From IMG/VR virus record IMGVR_UViG_3300027319_000001: 64,000 bases of DNA; one strand, 5' to 3'. The position numbers were made by a program, and so were the translations under genes. This DNA comes from a virus. Shown one piece after another: positions 35,005 through 43,847 of the stretch. Each line of letters opens with the position of its first letter. Position 1 is the first letter of the stretch. Under the pieces are notes generated by a model. The model was given only the letters and a program-made list of their open reading frames with translations, did not search any database and was not told the origin of the DNA.

Positions 35005-36957
35005 GTGGCCTACAGCCGTAATATCGTGCTCTCTACTGACCATCTTGAGCACGTAGTGCGTCATTTTCTTCGGCACGGCGCGTTTTCTTTTGATGTTGAA
35101 ACTGTTGATCCGCATAGGAATATCCCGCCGTACAACACGGTGACGTGGATTTCGCTTGCCACGTATGGGATGGCGGTCACCATTCCGATGGGTCACGAAC
35201 GTGGTGACCGGATCATTGGCCAGAAAAAGGAGCCAAGGCTGACGAAAACTGGGAAAATTCAGAACCGTACGGTTCACATCTGGTCTAAAGCGCCGGAGCA
35301 GCTTCGCCCGTCACAGGTGTTTGAGGCGCTTGATCCTCTGTTTTCGTCGGATCGCCTCAAGATCGCGCACAACGCTGTTTTTGATCTGGGCAGTATTGCG
35401 AAATACCGAGAAGGTAAGCCGCCTGCGGAGCCGTACTATGACACCCAGATCACGTGCGCTTTGGTTGATGAGAACCAGCTGAAGAGCCTTAAGGCTCAAG
35501 TGAACAGGATCTGGGGCGTCGACTACGACAAGGAGGAAATTGGGCGAACCGGTGTCGACCGGTTTCCTTTCTCGCAGGTTGCTCGCTACTCCTACTTGGA
35601 CAGTCTTTTCACATGGTTGCTTTATCTCAAGCTTGATCCTCTGATTGACAAGCTCGGGATTCGGGACTTGTGTGATCTGGAGATGGCGAACATCCCCGGA
35701 ATCCTGGACATGGTGATGCACGGCGCTCCCGTGGACGCGTCCGTCCTGAGGGAGTTTGGAGATGAGCTGAGGAAGCGCAAGGTCGATATCCAGGCAGAGG
35801 TCTATAAGCGCGCTGGCAAGGTCTTCAATCTTGGATCTTCCCGGCAGAAGGCAGAGGTTCTGTACCTTCCGAAAAGCAAGGGAGGGCAGGGTCTTAAGCC
35901 CATGATGCTGACGGATGGCGGCATCAAGAAAAAGAAGACTGGCCAGAAGCTGGACATTTACGACTATTCCACCAAAGCTGATGCGCTTGAGCCCTACGCC
36001 AAGAATCCGGTGGTCGAAAAGATTCTCGAATACCAGGCTGTTGAGAAGCTGATCAGCACCTACGTGGATGGGATTCTCGGCGTTGAAGGGAATCCGGATA
36101 AACCGTGCATCCTCATCAACGGCCGTGTCCACGGAAGCTTCAACCCTGTTGGTGCGCGGACAGGCCGGTTCTCGTCGTCCAACCCGAACCTTCAGAACAT
36201 TCCTTCGCGAACTGAGGATGGTCGGCGGATCCGCAGCGCTTACTGCGCTGACCCTGGCTATGCGTTAGTGGTCTTCGACTACTCGCAGATTGAGTTGGTG
36301 CTGCTTGCGCACTTCATTGGCAAGGGAGCACTTTTTGACGGTTTCTGGAACGGTGTCGATCCTCACACGATGACCGCGTCGCTGGTGTTTGGTGTGCCTG
36401 TTGAGACGGTCGCAAAGGAAATGCGTTCAGTCGCCAAGGGTCTGAACTTTGCGATCGTGTACGGCGCTGGTCCGGCGACCGTTGCTGACATGGCTGGTAT
36501 CAGCGTGGATGAGGCAAAGACACATATGGCCACGCATCGCAAGATGTTTCCGGAAATCTATCGCTACAGGAACTATGTGATCAGCACTGCCAGGAGGCAA
36601 AAGCCTCCGCACGTTCGTACGCTTCTTGGGCGCTATCGCCGACTTCCTGAGCTTCTGTCCTCTAACGATGAGGTTCGGGCTCGTGCTGAGCGTCAGGCGT
36701 TCAACGCTCACATTCAGGGCTCCGGAGGGGACCTGATGAAACTCGCCATGGTGCGGCTTCGTAAGCGCCTTCCCAAGGGGGCGACAATGATTTTGACTGT
36801 ACACGACGAAATCGTGGTCCATGCTCCGAAGGAAATTAGCGAGGAAGTCGCAGAGGCGGTGAGAGAAGCGGCAACGGGAGAAGAGATTCAGAAACTGTTC
36901 CGCGTTCCTGTTACCGGAGAGCTGGCCATTGTGGAGAGGTGGAGTGATGCTAAGTGA
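35005..36957 (+). CDS. polA: family A DNA polymerase (Pol I-like with 3'-5' exonuclease domain)
   Basis: Motifs DYSQIELVLLAH, KGLNFAIVYGAG and LTVHDEIVV are present, with an N-terminal exo-like FDVETV. Confidence 0.9.
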   Translation: MAYSRNIVLSTDHLEHVVRHFLRHGAFSFDVETVDPHRNIPPYNTVTWISLATYGMAVTIPMGHERGDRIIGQKKEPRLTKTGKIQNRTVHIWSKAPEQLRPSQVFEALDPLFSSDRLKIAHNAVFDLGSIAKYREGKPPAEPYYDTQITCALVDENQLKSLKAQVNRIWGVDYDKEEIGRTGVDRFPFSQVARYSYLDSLFTWLLYLKLDPLIDKLGIRDLCDLEMANIPGILDMVMHGAPVDASVLREFGDELRKRKVDIQAEVYKRAGKVFNLGSSRQKAEVLYLPKSKGGQGLKPMMLTDGGIKKKKTGQKLDIYDYSTKADALEPYAKNPVVEKILEYQAVEKLISTYVDGILGVEGNPDKPCILINGRVHGSFNPVGARTGRFSSSNPNLQNIPSRTEDGRRIRSAYCADPGYALVVFDYSQIELVLLAHFIGKGALFDGFWNGVDPHTMTASLVFGVPVETVAKEMRSVAKGLNFAIVYGAGPATVADMAGISVDEAKTHMATHRKMFPEIYRYRNYVISTARRQKPPHVRTLLGRYRRLPELLSSNDEVRARAERQAFNAHIQGSGGDLMKLAMVRLRKRLPKGATMILTVHDEIVVHAPKEISEEVAEAVREAATGEEIQKLFRVPVTGELAIVERWSDAK

Positions 36958-37346
36958 CTCCTGAAGAAGAGCAGGAGTACGTGACAACTCGATTGCGTCA
37001 GAACGTGGTGATGGATCTGTGTCACAACAAGGATCCGTTACCTATTATGCGCCGTGCCGGGCTGGTCCCGCCGAGTACTGAGGGATTGAAAATTGCTCGG
37101 GCCGAAAGTGAGCACCGTCTTGCTTGCGTTGCTCCACTAGTTTTTGAGGTGAATCGTCTCGCTCAGATTGTTTCTGAGATGGTCATGCACATTATCCTGA
37201 GTGGAGACGGTGAAAAGCCACCTCCTGAAGTTGTGGCTGAGGCTGAGGTGCAGAACGCGATGCTTATCAGAATCGGGACACTGATAGTTATCGCGCATCT
37301 GCTCGAAGCCGATATTTTGCATTACTCGGAGAGGGTTGTGAAATGA
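36954..37346 (+). CDS. hypothetical protein
   Basis: 130-aa ORF with a coupled GTG start. Confidence 0.5.
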   Translation: MTPEEEQEYVTTRLRQNVVMDLCHNKDPLPIMRRAGLVPPSTEGLKIARAESEHRLACVAPLVFEVNRLAQIVSEMVMHIILSGDGEKPPPEVVAEAEVQNAMLIRIGTLIVIAHLLEADILHYSERVVK

Positions 37347-37753
37347 CTGGGTTCTGGGCGCAGAGGCTTGCCGAGATGCGTGGCAGGAAGTTCACTATTG
37401 CGGATCGAGCTCCTGTAGCGCCCGTATATCGGCCGTGGTGGGATCAGAACCCGTATCAGCCTCAGGAGCAGCCTCAGCCTCAGCAGCTTGCAGATCAGGA
37501 GATCCGCATTCCTAAGGGGCTCCGGTCTGCGCATTTGACCGATCGTTGTCCCGGGTGCGCTTCGCAGAACTATATGGCACCGCCCAACACGAATGCTCGG
37601 AAACGGTGCTATGACTGCGGCTTTCCGATTGTTCAGTCGGGCACCGACGCAGGTTTGCCTGGTGATAGTTCGATGCCTGTCCAGCCTGCGCGTCAGATTC
37701 ACGACGGAACAAGTAATTACAACCCTTCGCACATCGTCGCCCGGGTTGGTTGA
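37343..37753 (+). CDS. hypothetical zinc-ribbon protein
   Basis: CPGCASQ...CYDCGF cysteine pairs, with a coupled start. Confidence 0.5.
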   Translation: MTGFWAQRLAEMRGRKFTIADRAPVAPVYRPWWDQNPYQPQEQPQPQQLADQEIRIPKGLRSAHLTDRCPGCASQNYMAPPNTNARKRCYDCGFPIVQSGTDAGLPGDSSMPVQPARQIHDGTSNYNPSHIVARVG

Positions 37754-37802
37754 TCCATAAGGTTGGTTAATCCATAAACTTCTCACCCGTAAGGACAAGA
37801 CC

Positions 37803-39758
37803 TTGAGCGTTCTCGCCCTTGACGGGTCTCTGATCGACCCGTACAGCCAGTTCATCGCCCTTTCCCGCTACGCCCGCTACCTGGACGAAAAGAATCGGCG
37901 GGAGAAGTGGGTAGAGTCTGTCGAGCGCTATATGGATTTCATGGTGGCGCATCTGAAGCGCAAGCACGGATACGTTCCGGATCCTGTGCTTGTGGACGAG
38001 ATCGCTTACGCCATTAAGAATCTTGAGATTATGCCGTCTATGCGGGCACTCATGACGGCAGGTCCGGCTCTGGATATTTCAAATGTGGCCGGGTACAACT
38101 GCTCGTATCTGCCTATTGATGATCTGGCTGCGTTCTCAGAGATCTTGTTTATCCTGATGAACGGCACCGGTGTTGGTTATAGCGTTGAGCGCTATTACGT
38201 GGACCAGTTGCCACCGGTTGCTGAGGCCCGAAGGGAGACGAACGTTCCGAATATCATCGTAGGTGACTCCAAGCTTGGGTGGGCGACCGCGTATCGTTCA
38301 CTGATCAGCTACCTGTGGGAGTACGGCGTCACGCCAACCTATGACCTGTCGCAGGTGCGTCCGGCTGGTTCTCGTCTGAAGACCTTTGGCGGCCGTGCCA
38401 GCGGACCGGAGCCTCTTCGCGAGCTTTTTGAGTACACGATTGAGCTGCTTAACAGCGCTCGCGGCCGGAAGCTGCGTCCGATTGAGGTGCATGATCTCGT
38501 CTGCAAGATCGCAAGCGTGGTGGTCGTAGGCGGCGTGCGCCGTTCGGCGATGATTGCGCTTAGTGATCTGGACGATGAGGAGATGGCCACTGCGAAATCG
38601 GGCGAGTGGTGGACAACCCATCCTCATCGCGCACTGGCCAATATCAGCGCCGTCTACCATGACAAGCCAAGCCGCGAGGATTTCAACCGCGAATGGGACA
38701 CTCTGGTAAGCAGCGGCTCAGGTGAGCGTGGGATCTTCAACCGCGCTTCCGCGCAGCGGCAGGCCGCTCGTAATGGCCTCCGGGACATTACTGCCCGTTA
38801 CGGAACCAATCCGTGCGGTGAGATCATCCTTAAGCCTATGTCGTTTTGCAACCTGACTGAGGTTATCGTCAGGCCGAAGGATGATCTGCACCTTCTGCGC
38901 TGGAAGGGCCGCCTCGCCACGATTCTCGGGACCTGGCAGTCAACCTTGACGGACTTCCCCTTCCTGCGACCTCAGTGGAGGCGCAACGCTGAGGAAGAGC
39001 GCCTGCTCGGTGTGTCTCTGACGGGAATCTATGACAACCCGTTGACGGCTAACACTACCGATGAGCTGGGCGACGCGCTGGCCATCCTCCGTACGGAGGC
39101 TCGCGCAGCTAACGCCATTGAGGCGGCGAAAATCGGCATTCCGGTAAGCGCTGCCATCACGTGCGTCAAGCCCTCTGGGACTGTCTCTCAGCTGGCTGGC
39201 TCCGCTTCTGGAATCCACCCCTGGCATGCGCGGTACTACATCAGGAGAGTCCGTGCGGATATCAAGGATCCGCTCGCGCAGCTTATGCGGGACAGCGGAG
39301 TCCCGTGTGAGCCGGATATCACGGCTCCGGACAAGACGCTGGTGTTTTCTTTCCCTATCGCCGCTCCGGAGGGCGCGGTGACCCGTGCCGACCTGTCGGC
39401 CGTTGAGCATCTGGAGCACTGGCTGGTCTACAGGCGTTATTGGTGTGAGCACAATCCCTCAGTCACGGTTAGTGTGCGGAGGGACGAGTGGGACAAGGTC
39501 AGGGAATGGGTCTGGGAGCACCTTGAGGATTTGACGGGTGTGACCTTCCTGCCGTATGCAGACGAGGATCACGTGTACGAACAGGCTCCCTACCAGGAAA
39601 TCACCGAGGACACCTATCGCGCTCTCCGTGCTGAATTCCCTGAGGTCCGGTGGGAAGACCTCCCCTTCTATGAGATGGAGGACTCCACTCAGGGCGTGCA
39701 GGAGCTCGCCTGCTCGGCAGGTGCCTGTGACGTGGCGGATCTGACGTCGGCAGCGTAA
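37803..39758 (+). CDS. nrdJ: ribonucleotide reductase, class II (B12-dependent)-like
   Basis: The active-site motif TNPCGEI is present. The N-terminus ..SRYARYLDEKNRREKWVESVERY is typical of NrdJ-type enzymes, and no beta-subunit gene lies nearby. Confidence 0.75.
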   Translation: MSVLALDGSLIDPYSQFIALSRYARYLDEKNRREKWVESVERYMDFMVAHLKRKHGYVPDPVLVDEIAYAIKNLEIMPSMRALMTAGPALDISNVAGYNCSYLPIDDLAAFSEILFILMNGTGVGYSVERYYVDQLPPVAEARRETNVPNIIVGDSKLGWATAYRSLISYLWEYGVTPTYDLSQVRPAGSRLKTFGGRASGPEPLRELFEYTIELLNSARGRKLRPIEVHDLVCKIASVVVVGGVRRSAMIALSDLDDEEMATAKSGEWWTTHPHRALANISAVYHDKPSREDFNREWDTLVSSGSGERGIFNRASAQRQAARNGLRDITARYGTNPCGEIILKPMSFCNLTEVIVRPKDDLHLLRWKGRLATILGTWQSTLTDFPFLRPQWRRNAEEERLLGVSLTGIYDNPLTANTTDELGDALAILRTEARAANAIEAAKIGIPVSAAITCVKPSGTVSQLAGSASGIHPWHARYYIRRVRADIKDPLAQLMRDSGVPCEPDITAPDKTLVFSFPIAAPEGAVTRADLSAVEHLEHWLVYRRYWCEHNPSVTVSVRRDEWDKVREWVWEHLEDLTGVTFLPYADEDHVYEQAPYQEITEDTYRALRAEFPEVRWEDLPFYEMEDSTQGVQELACSAGACDVADLTSAA

Positions 39759-39788
39759 TCAAATCTTTATAAAGATCTTCGGCTCTAG

Positions 39789-39858
39789 AGTTGATACGTC
39801 GGTTGAGGCCATGCGGGTAGACATTTAACCTCTCTCCGCATGGCCTCAAGTATCAACT
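39789..39858 (+). terminator. large dyad (14-bp stem) flanked by inverted AGTTGATAC boxes, between RNR and RecA genes
   Basis: AGTTGATAC (39789) .. TTGAGGCCATGCGG (39803) .. CCGCATGGCCTCAA (39836) GTATCAACT (39850). There is no U-tract. Confidence 0.45.
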
Positions 39859-39867
39859 AGGGGAAAC

Positions 39868-40932
39868 GTGACACCGGAAACCCTCGCGCTTATCAACCAG
39901 ATCAATAAAAAGCTGGGTGAGGGAACTCTTGTAACCGGATCCGAGATGGCCGTAACCGGCCGGATCACTAGCGGTTCTCTGGGGCTGGACATCATCCTCG
40001 GGGGAGGCTGGCCAGTCAATCAGTGGCACGAAATCATCGGGAAGGAAAGCCACGGGAAAACGGCTATCGCATTGAAGACGGTTGCCGCGAACCAGGCGAA
40101 GAATCCGGATTTCGTCACCCTGTGGGTAGCAGCTGAGAAGTATGACGTCGGTCAGGCTGAGGCCATTGGAGTGGACAATTCACGTGTCGTTGTGCTGCCC
40201 ACTCAGGATATGGAGCTGGCATATGAAACCATGCTCCAGTTTGCTGAGCGGCGTGCGTGTGACCTGATTGTCCTGGATTCTTATCCGGCTCTCATTCCCG
40301 CTGAAGAGGCGGAGAAGAGCATGGATGAGTCCGTGATGGCTATTGGTGCCAGGCTGACTGGGAAGTTTTTCCGCAAGGCGGGAAAGGCCACCAAGCGAAG
40401 TTTGACCGGTGATGATCGACCGGTTACCGGTCTGATCATTAACCAGTGGAGAGACGCTATTGGAGTGTTCTCTCCGCAGGGCACTGCGCAGACCACGCCA
40501 GGTGGGAACGCAAAGAACTATTTTTTCTACACACGTGTTGAGGTAAAGCGGGACGAATACATTGATGAAACCCGTCCGGGACATGGCAAGGCCCGAGTTG
40601 GGCAAGTGATCAAATTCCGGACCATCAAGAACAAGTCTGCACCCCCTCAGCAAGTCGCCACCGTTGATTTCTACTTCCGTGACGCTCCGTTCCTTGGTTT
40701 CCTGCGTGGAGAGTTCGATACCGCGAAGGAAATCTTTGTCTACGCGGTGCTATACGGGATCATTCAGCGCCGGGGAGCCTACTACATCCTCGGTGACAAC
40801 AAGTGGCAGGGCAAGGAAGCCGTACTGGATCACATCAGGGCGAACACAGAGCTGCAGGACAAACTGCTCCGCGATGTTATCGAGCAGTCCAGGCGGCCGG
40901 ATCGGGAGCTCTATTCGCAGGAGGAGCCGTGA
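39868..40932 (+). CDS. recA: RecA-like recombinase
   Basis: ..ITSGSLGLDIILGGGWPVNQWHEIIGKESHGKTAIAL.. parallels RecA STGSLSLD..GPESSGKTTL. Confidence 0.85.
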   Translation: MTPETLALINQINKKLGEGTLVTGSEMAVTGRITSGSLGLDIILGGGWPVNQWHEIIGKESHGKTAIALKTVAANQAKNPDFVTLWVAAEKYDVGQAEAIGVDNSRVVVLPTQDMELAYETMLQFAERRACDLIVLDSYPALIPAEEAEKSMDESVMAIGARLTGKFFRKAGKATKRSLTGDDRPVTGLIINQWRDAIGVFSPQGTAQTTPGGNAKNYFFYTRVEVKRDEYIDETRPGHGKARVGQVIKFRTIKNKSAPPQQVATVDFYFRDAPFLGFLRGEFDTAKEIFVYAVLYGIIQRRGAYYILGDNKWQGKEAVLDHIRANTELQDKLLRDVIEQSRRPDRELYSQEEP

Positions 40933-41148
40933 ATTACGATGAAGTGAATAAGCTGAGGCTGCTGAGGATGTAATCAAGTTTTTTCTACGGCTTCATCGTT
41001 CTCATCCTTGCGCAGAAGAAGGAACATCCTCGCCGCCGGACGGGCGGAGAGGCTAAACGCCTGTGGAGGCGACGTAAGACCCCCCTTTGGGGTGGCAGAC
41101 GCCTGTGAAGCAGGAAGCCGCAGAAGTGCCGAACTGGCACAGGCTGAA

Positions 41149-41180
41149 TCCCCGGCCTTCAGGCGGGGAGCGCGTCAACT
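41149..41180 (+). repeat. orphan copy of the conserved TTCA-loop hairpin element
   Basis: TCCCCGGCCTTCAGGCGGGGAGCGCGTCAACT nearly matches 61765..61796 (1-nt deletion). Confidence 0.7.
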
Positions 41181-41248
41181 GCGGAGACACGCCCATGGGT
41201 CGTCCGAGTGGATTCGCTTGCTAGAACATGAGCTAATCGGAAGTGAGC

Positions 41249-41329
41249 ATGGAAATCCTCGCTACCCTTGCAGCCATGGCAGTTTCGCTGGTTGTGTACT
41301 CACTGGTAAGTAGATGGGAGCGAGGATGA
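41249..41329 (+). CDS. micro-ORF, hydrophobic peptide (26 aa)
   Basis: MEILATLAAMAVSLVVYSLVSRWERG. Its stop overlaps the next ATG (ATGA). Confidence 0.4.
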   Translation: MEILATLAAMAVSLVVYSLVSRWERG

Positions 41330-41433
41330 GCATCGAAGTCGCGATCACCATTCTCGTCGTTGCGATAGTGGTGGCACAGGGACTTGTAGACGCCATCGTC
41401 GAATGGTTTGAGCACAGAAGGGATCCAAGATGA
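41326..41433 (+). CDS. micro-ORF, single-TM peptide (35 aa)
   Basis: MSIEVAITILVVAIVVAQGLVDAIVEWFEHRRDPR, with ATGA overlaps at both ends. Confidence 0.45.
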   Translation: MSIEVAITILVVAIVVAQGLVDAIVEWFEHRRDPR

Positions 41434-41717
41434 GCAACAAGGCGTCGTTCGACCTGAACTTCAAGGATTTCCTCGGGAACCAGATCAGTGTCCCCGGTTA
41501 TGTGCTCTATCCGGGCTCTGATGGGGAGATGGTGTACGGACGCTTGGTTGGTCTCCGCACGTGGGCTGGGACGAATGGCCCTGAGGTCCGGCTGCGCATC
41601 ATTCCTTTGAAGCGGTCTTCTATTTCTGACGGCATTTGTGCTGAGCTCCAGATTCCGGTGGTAGTGAAGAATTGGCGGAACGTAGTCGCGGTTAATGCAG
41701 CTATCGGCGGGTTTTGA
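41430..41717 (+). CDS. hypothetical protein
   Basis: 95-aa ORF, translationally coupled on both sides. Confidence 0.55.
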   Translation: MSNKASFDLNFKDFLGNQISVPGYVLYPGSDGEMVYGRLVGLRTWAGTNGPEVRLRIIPLKRSSISDGICAELQIPVVVKNWRNVVAVNAAIGGF

Positions 41718-42022
41718 TGGATAGCCGTATTAGAGCGTCACGGCGTCAGGAGATCAGGGGCGCGAAACTCCACGGAGGAACCAGGAATTCGGGGTCTGGA
41801 AACGGCCCTTGGCGGAAGGCCGACGTCCGTACTCCTGATGAGCTGTGGGAGTTCAAGCGCACTGACAAAGAACAGTTTACTTTGAAGCTGAGGGATCTCC
41901 TCACAGCAGAGAAGCATGCCCTTTCTGAGGGACGCTCTATGCGGTTTGGAATCGAAATTGGCGGCAGACACTGGGTTGTTCTCTCCGAAGAGGACTACCT
42001 AGAGCTTCGGGGGAACACATAG
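41717..42022 (+). CDS. small PD-(D/E)XK-like nuclease (resolvase-like), tentative
   Basis: ..GSGNGPWRKADV...ELWEFKRTD.. resembles a D..E.K nuclease core. This is a weak call. Confidence 0.4.
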   Translation: MDSRIRASRRQEIRGAKLHGGTRNSGSGNGPWRKADVRTPDELWEFKRTDKEQFTLKLRDLLTAEKHALSEGRSMRFGIEIGGRHWVVLSEEDYLELRGNT

Positions 42023-42426
42023 TGGTACTGAAGCCACGAATGAACGCTCCGGATTGGACAGCGGGAGGGAACGAGGAAAAGGCGGCAAAGTGTATAAAGT
42101 TTCCTCCTGACCGTGAATCCGGATATGACCCATGGTTCATGGAGGAGTACGAGGAAGACTGTCTGGATATCTGCAATGGGACATGGGACGGGAAGGTCTG
42201 TCCCATGCGCCAGCAGTGTCTGGAGTTTTCAATTATCAATAACGAAGCTTATGGCGTATGGGGCGGACTCCCACCGCATGACCGCCTCGTAATGAGAAAA
42301 GCTCGCCGCCAGAACCCTTACATGGAAATCAAATGGCATCCACCTACTCCCAGGAAACCGGATCTGTCCGAAGAAGACCTGCTCGACCTGGAGGAAGTCG
42401 ACGAACTGGAAGAAGTACTCGACTGA
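42022..42426 (+). CDS. whiB: WhiB-family transcription factor
   Basis: It has four Cys (C..C..C..CPMRQQC) followed by EAYGVWGGL, the WhiB signature. Confidence 0.8.
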   Translation: MVLKPRMNAPDWTAGGNEEKAAKCIKFPPDRESGYDPWFMEEYEEDCLDICNGTWDGKVCPMRQQCLEFSIINNEAYGVWGGLPPHDRLVMRKARRQNPYMEIKWHPPTPRKPDLSEEDLLDLEEVDELEEVLD

Positions 42427-42497
42427 CCGGTCGTCTTGCCGATTTCGCCAAGGCCAAGCAGACTGGTGGAATTCTCGGAGATGTCCGGCTGTACCTG

Positions 42498-43568
42498 ATG
42501 CGCAAGGCCGATCAGGCTAGTGATCGCAGGCAGGACATCATCCATCCCAGCGAGATGGCATCACATGAGTGGTGTCCGCGTAGAACGTATTACCGGATCA
42601 GGGATGTGCGCGCTGGACGCGCGTGGACTCCCGAGAGGCACTCCGCAGGAACCCTGGCCATTTTTGAGGAAGGGCACTTCATCCATCGCAAATGGCAGGG
42701 CTGGCTGCGTGAGATGGGTGTCCTGAAGGGGCGCTGGGATTGCCTGGAGTGTGCGCGGAAGGGCGTGGCTTATGGGCTTGATCCTGGCTCGTGCCCGGAG
42801 TGCAGCAGTGTCGTGGGAGTGGTGTATGGGGAGGTGCCTCTTGACGCCACTCGTGAGCTGCTGATTGCTGGCAGCTCAGATGGATGGGTGGGAGACTCCC
42901 TTATTGAGATCAAGGGGATCGCAACCGGAACTCTGCGGATTGAGGCTCCTGAGCTCCTTAGGGAGCACACCCACAAGACGATCGGCGGAAAAGAGATTGT
43001 CGATATCAACGGAGCGTGGGAAGCGCTTAGCCGTCCGCTCCCGGCCCATATTCGGCAGGGACAGATCTACCTGCATCTTGCAGCCCTGATTGGCGTGCCG
43101 GTTGACACCATCACCTACCTGTATGAGTGCAAGGTCAACCAGCAGGTCAAGGAATTCACTATAAGGCGTTCTGAGCGGATTGTACGGCCGCTGCTTGAGA
43201 AGGCAGAGACGATCGCGAATGCGATCAGGCATCCGGATGAGGCCCCGATTCCTGACCGGGCTTTTGATAACCCTGATAAGCGCCCTTGCAAGACCTGCGA
43301 GTTTGCCAAGGAATGCTATGCGGAAAATTCGGCGGCAGCACAGCAATCGCGTAGCTCAGAGAGATCAGCAGCTGGTGGAGCGTATCGCCAGCCTGGACGT
43401 TCCGCCAGCGCCAGCCGATTCGCCTCCCATGCTCCCCAGGGACGTGACGGAGCTGTCATACCAGGATCTGATGATCTTGTTCGGGGAGATGACCGGGTGG
43501 GCCGCACACTACGCGGGACTCCTGGCACAGGCGGAAGCCCGCGAAGAGTCCGCAGAATCGCTTCTTGA
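42498..43568 (+). CDS. cas4: Cas4/RecB-like PD-(D/E)XK exonuclease with 4-Cys cluster
   Basis: N-terminal Cys (EWCPRRTYY), core D..EIKG, RQGQIYLH (QxxxY), and C-terminal CKTCEFAKEC. The start and the true C-terminus are both uncertain (see finding). Confidence 0.65.
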   Translation: MRKADQASDRRQDIIHPSEMASHEWCPRRTYYRIRDVRAGRAWTPERHSAGTLAIFEEGHFIHRKWQGWLREMGVLKGRWDCLECARKGVAYGLDPGSCPECSSVVGVVYGEVPLDATRELLIAGSSDGWVGDSLIEIKGIATGTLRIEAPELLREHTHKTIGGKEIVDINGAWEALSRPLPAHIRQGQIYLHLAALIGVPVDTITYLYECKVNQQVKEFTIRRSERIVRPLLEKAETIANAIRHPDEAPIPDRAFDNPDKRPCKTCEFAKECYAENSAAAQQSRSSERSAAGGAYRQPGRSASASRFASHAPQGRDGAVIPGSDDLVRGDDRVGRTLRGTPGTGGSPRRVRRIAS

Positions 43569-43827
43569 GTTCCGGCGAGCACAGGCGAAAGAGGCTATTG
43601 CGAATCGAGGAGGGAAGAAGTCTGCGACTGAGGTTAAGGCGGCGGCTGAGGCTGATGAAGACGTCCAGTCCGCAAAAGAGGAGTACCTGAAGGCTCGCGC
43701 TGAGCGTCGGCTGGCACAGGTCCGTTACGACAACTCGTGCAGGTTTGCTGCGTTTCTGAGCCGTGAGTTGTCCCGCCGTACCGCTACCAGAGACCAGGAC
43801 GGTAGAGCTGAGAAGTGGTTGCCCTGA
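43318..43827 (+). CDS. coiled-coil hypothetical protein
   Basis: The frame has high third-position GC from ATG 43318 (alternative ATG 43429). It overlaps the open tail of the Cas4-like ORF. Confidence 0.55.
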   Translation: MRKIRRQHSNRVAQRDQQLVERIASLDVPPAPADSPPMLPRDVTELSYQDLMILFGEMTGWAAHYAGLLAQAEAREESAESLLEFRRAQAKEAIANRGGKKSATEVKAAAEADEDVQSAKEEYLKARAERRLAQVRYDNSCRFAAFLSRELSRRTATRDQDGRAEKWLP

Positions 43828-43847
43828 GGAACGAAATTGGGGGAACG

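Noticed and set aside
41140-41248. Possible ydaO-type (c-di-AMP) riboswitch. GCTGAATC, GGGGAGC, CCCA and GAGCTAATCGGAAGTGAGC loosely recall the ydaO consensus, and hydrophobic micro-ORFs lie downstream.
   Set aside because: The central hairpin is simply another copy of the dispersed TTCA-loop element seen at 61.1-62.2 kb. The order and spacing of the remembered conserved blocks do not fit, and I cannot run Infernal. It is kept only as part of the generic structured-region finding.
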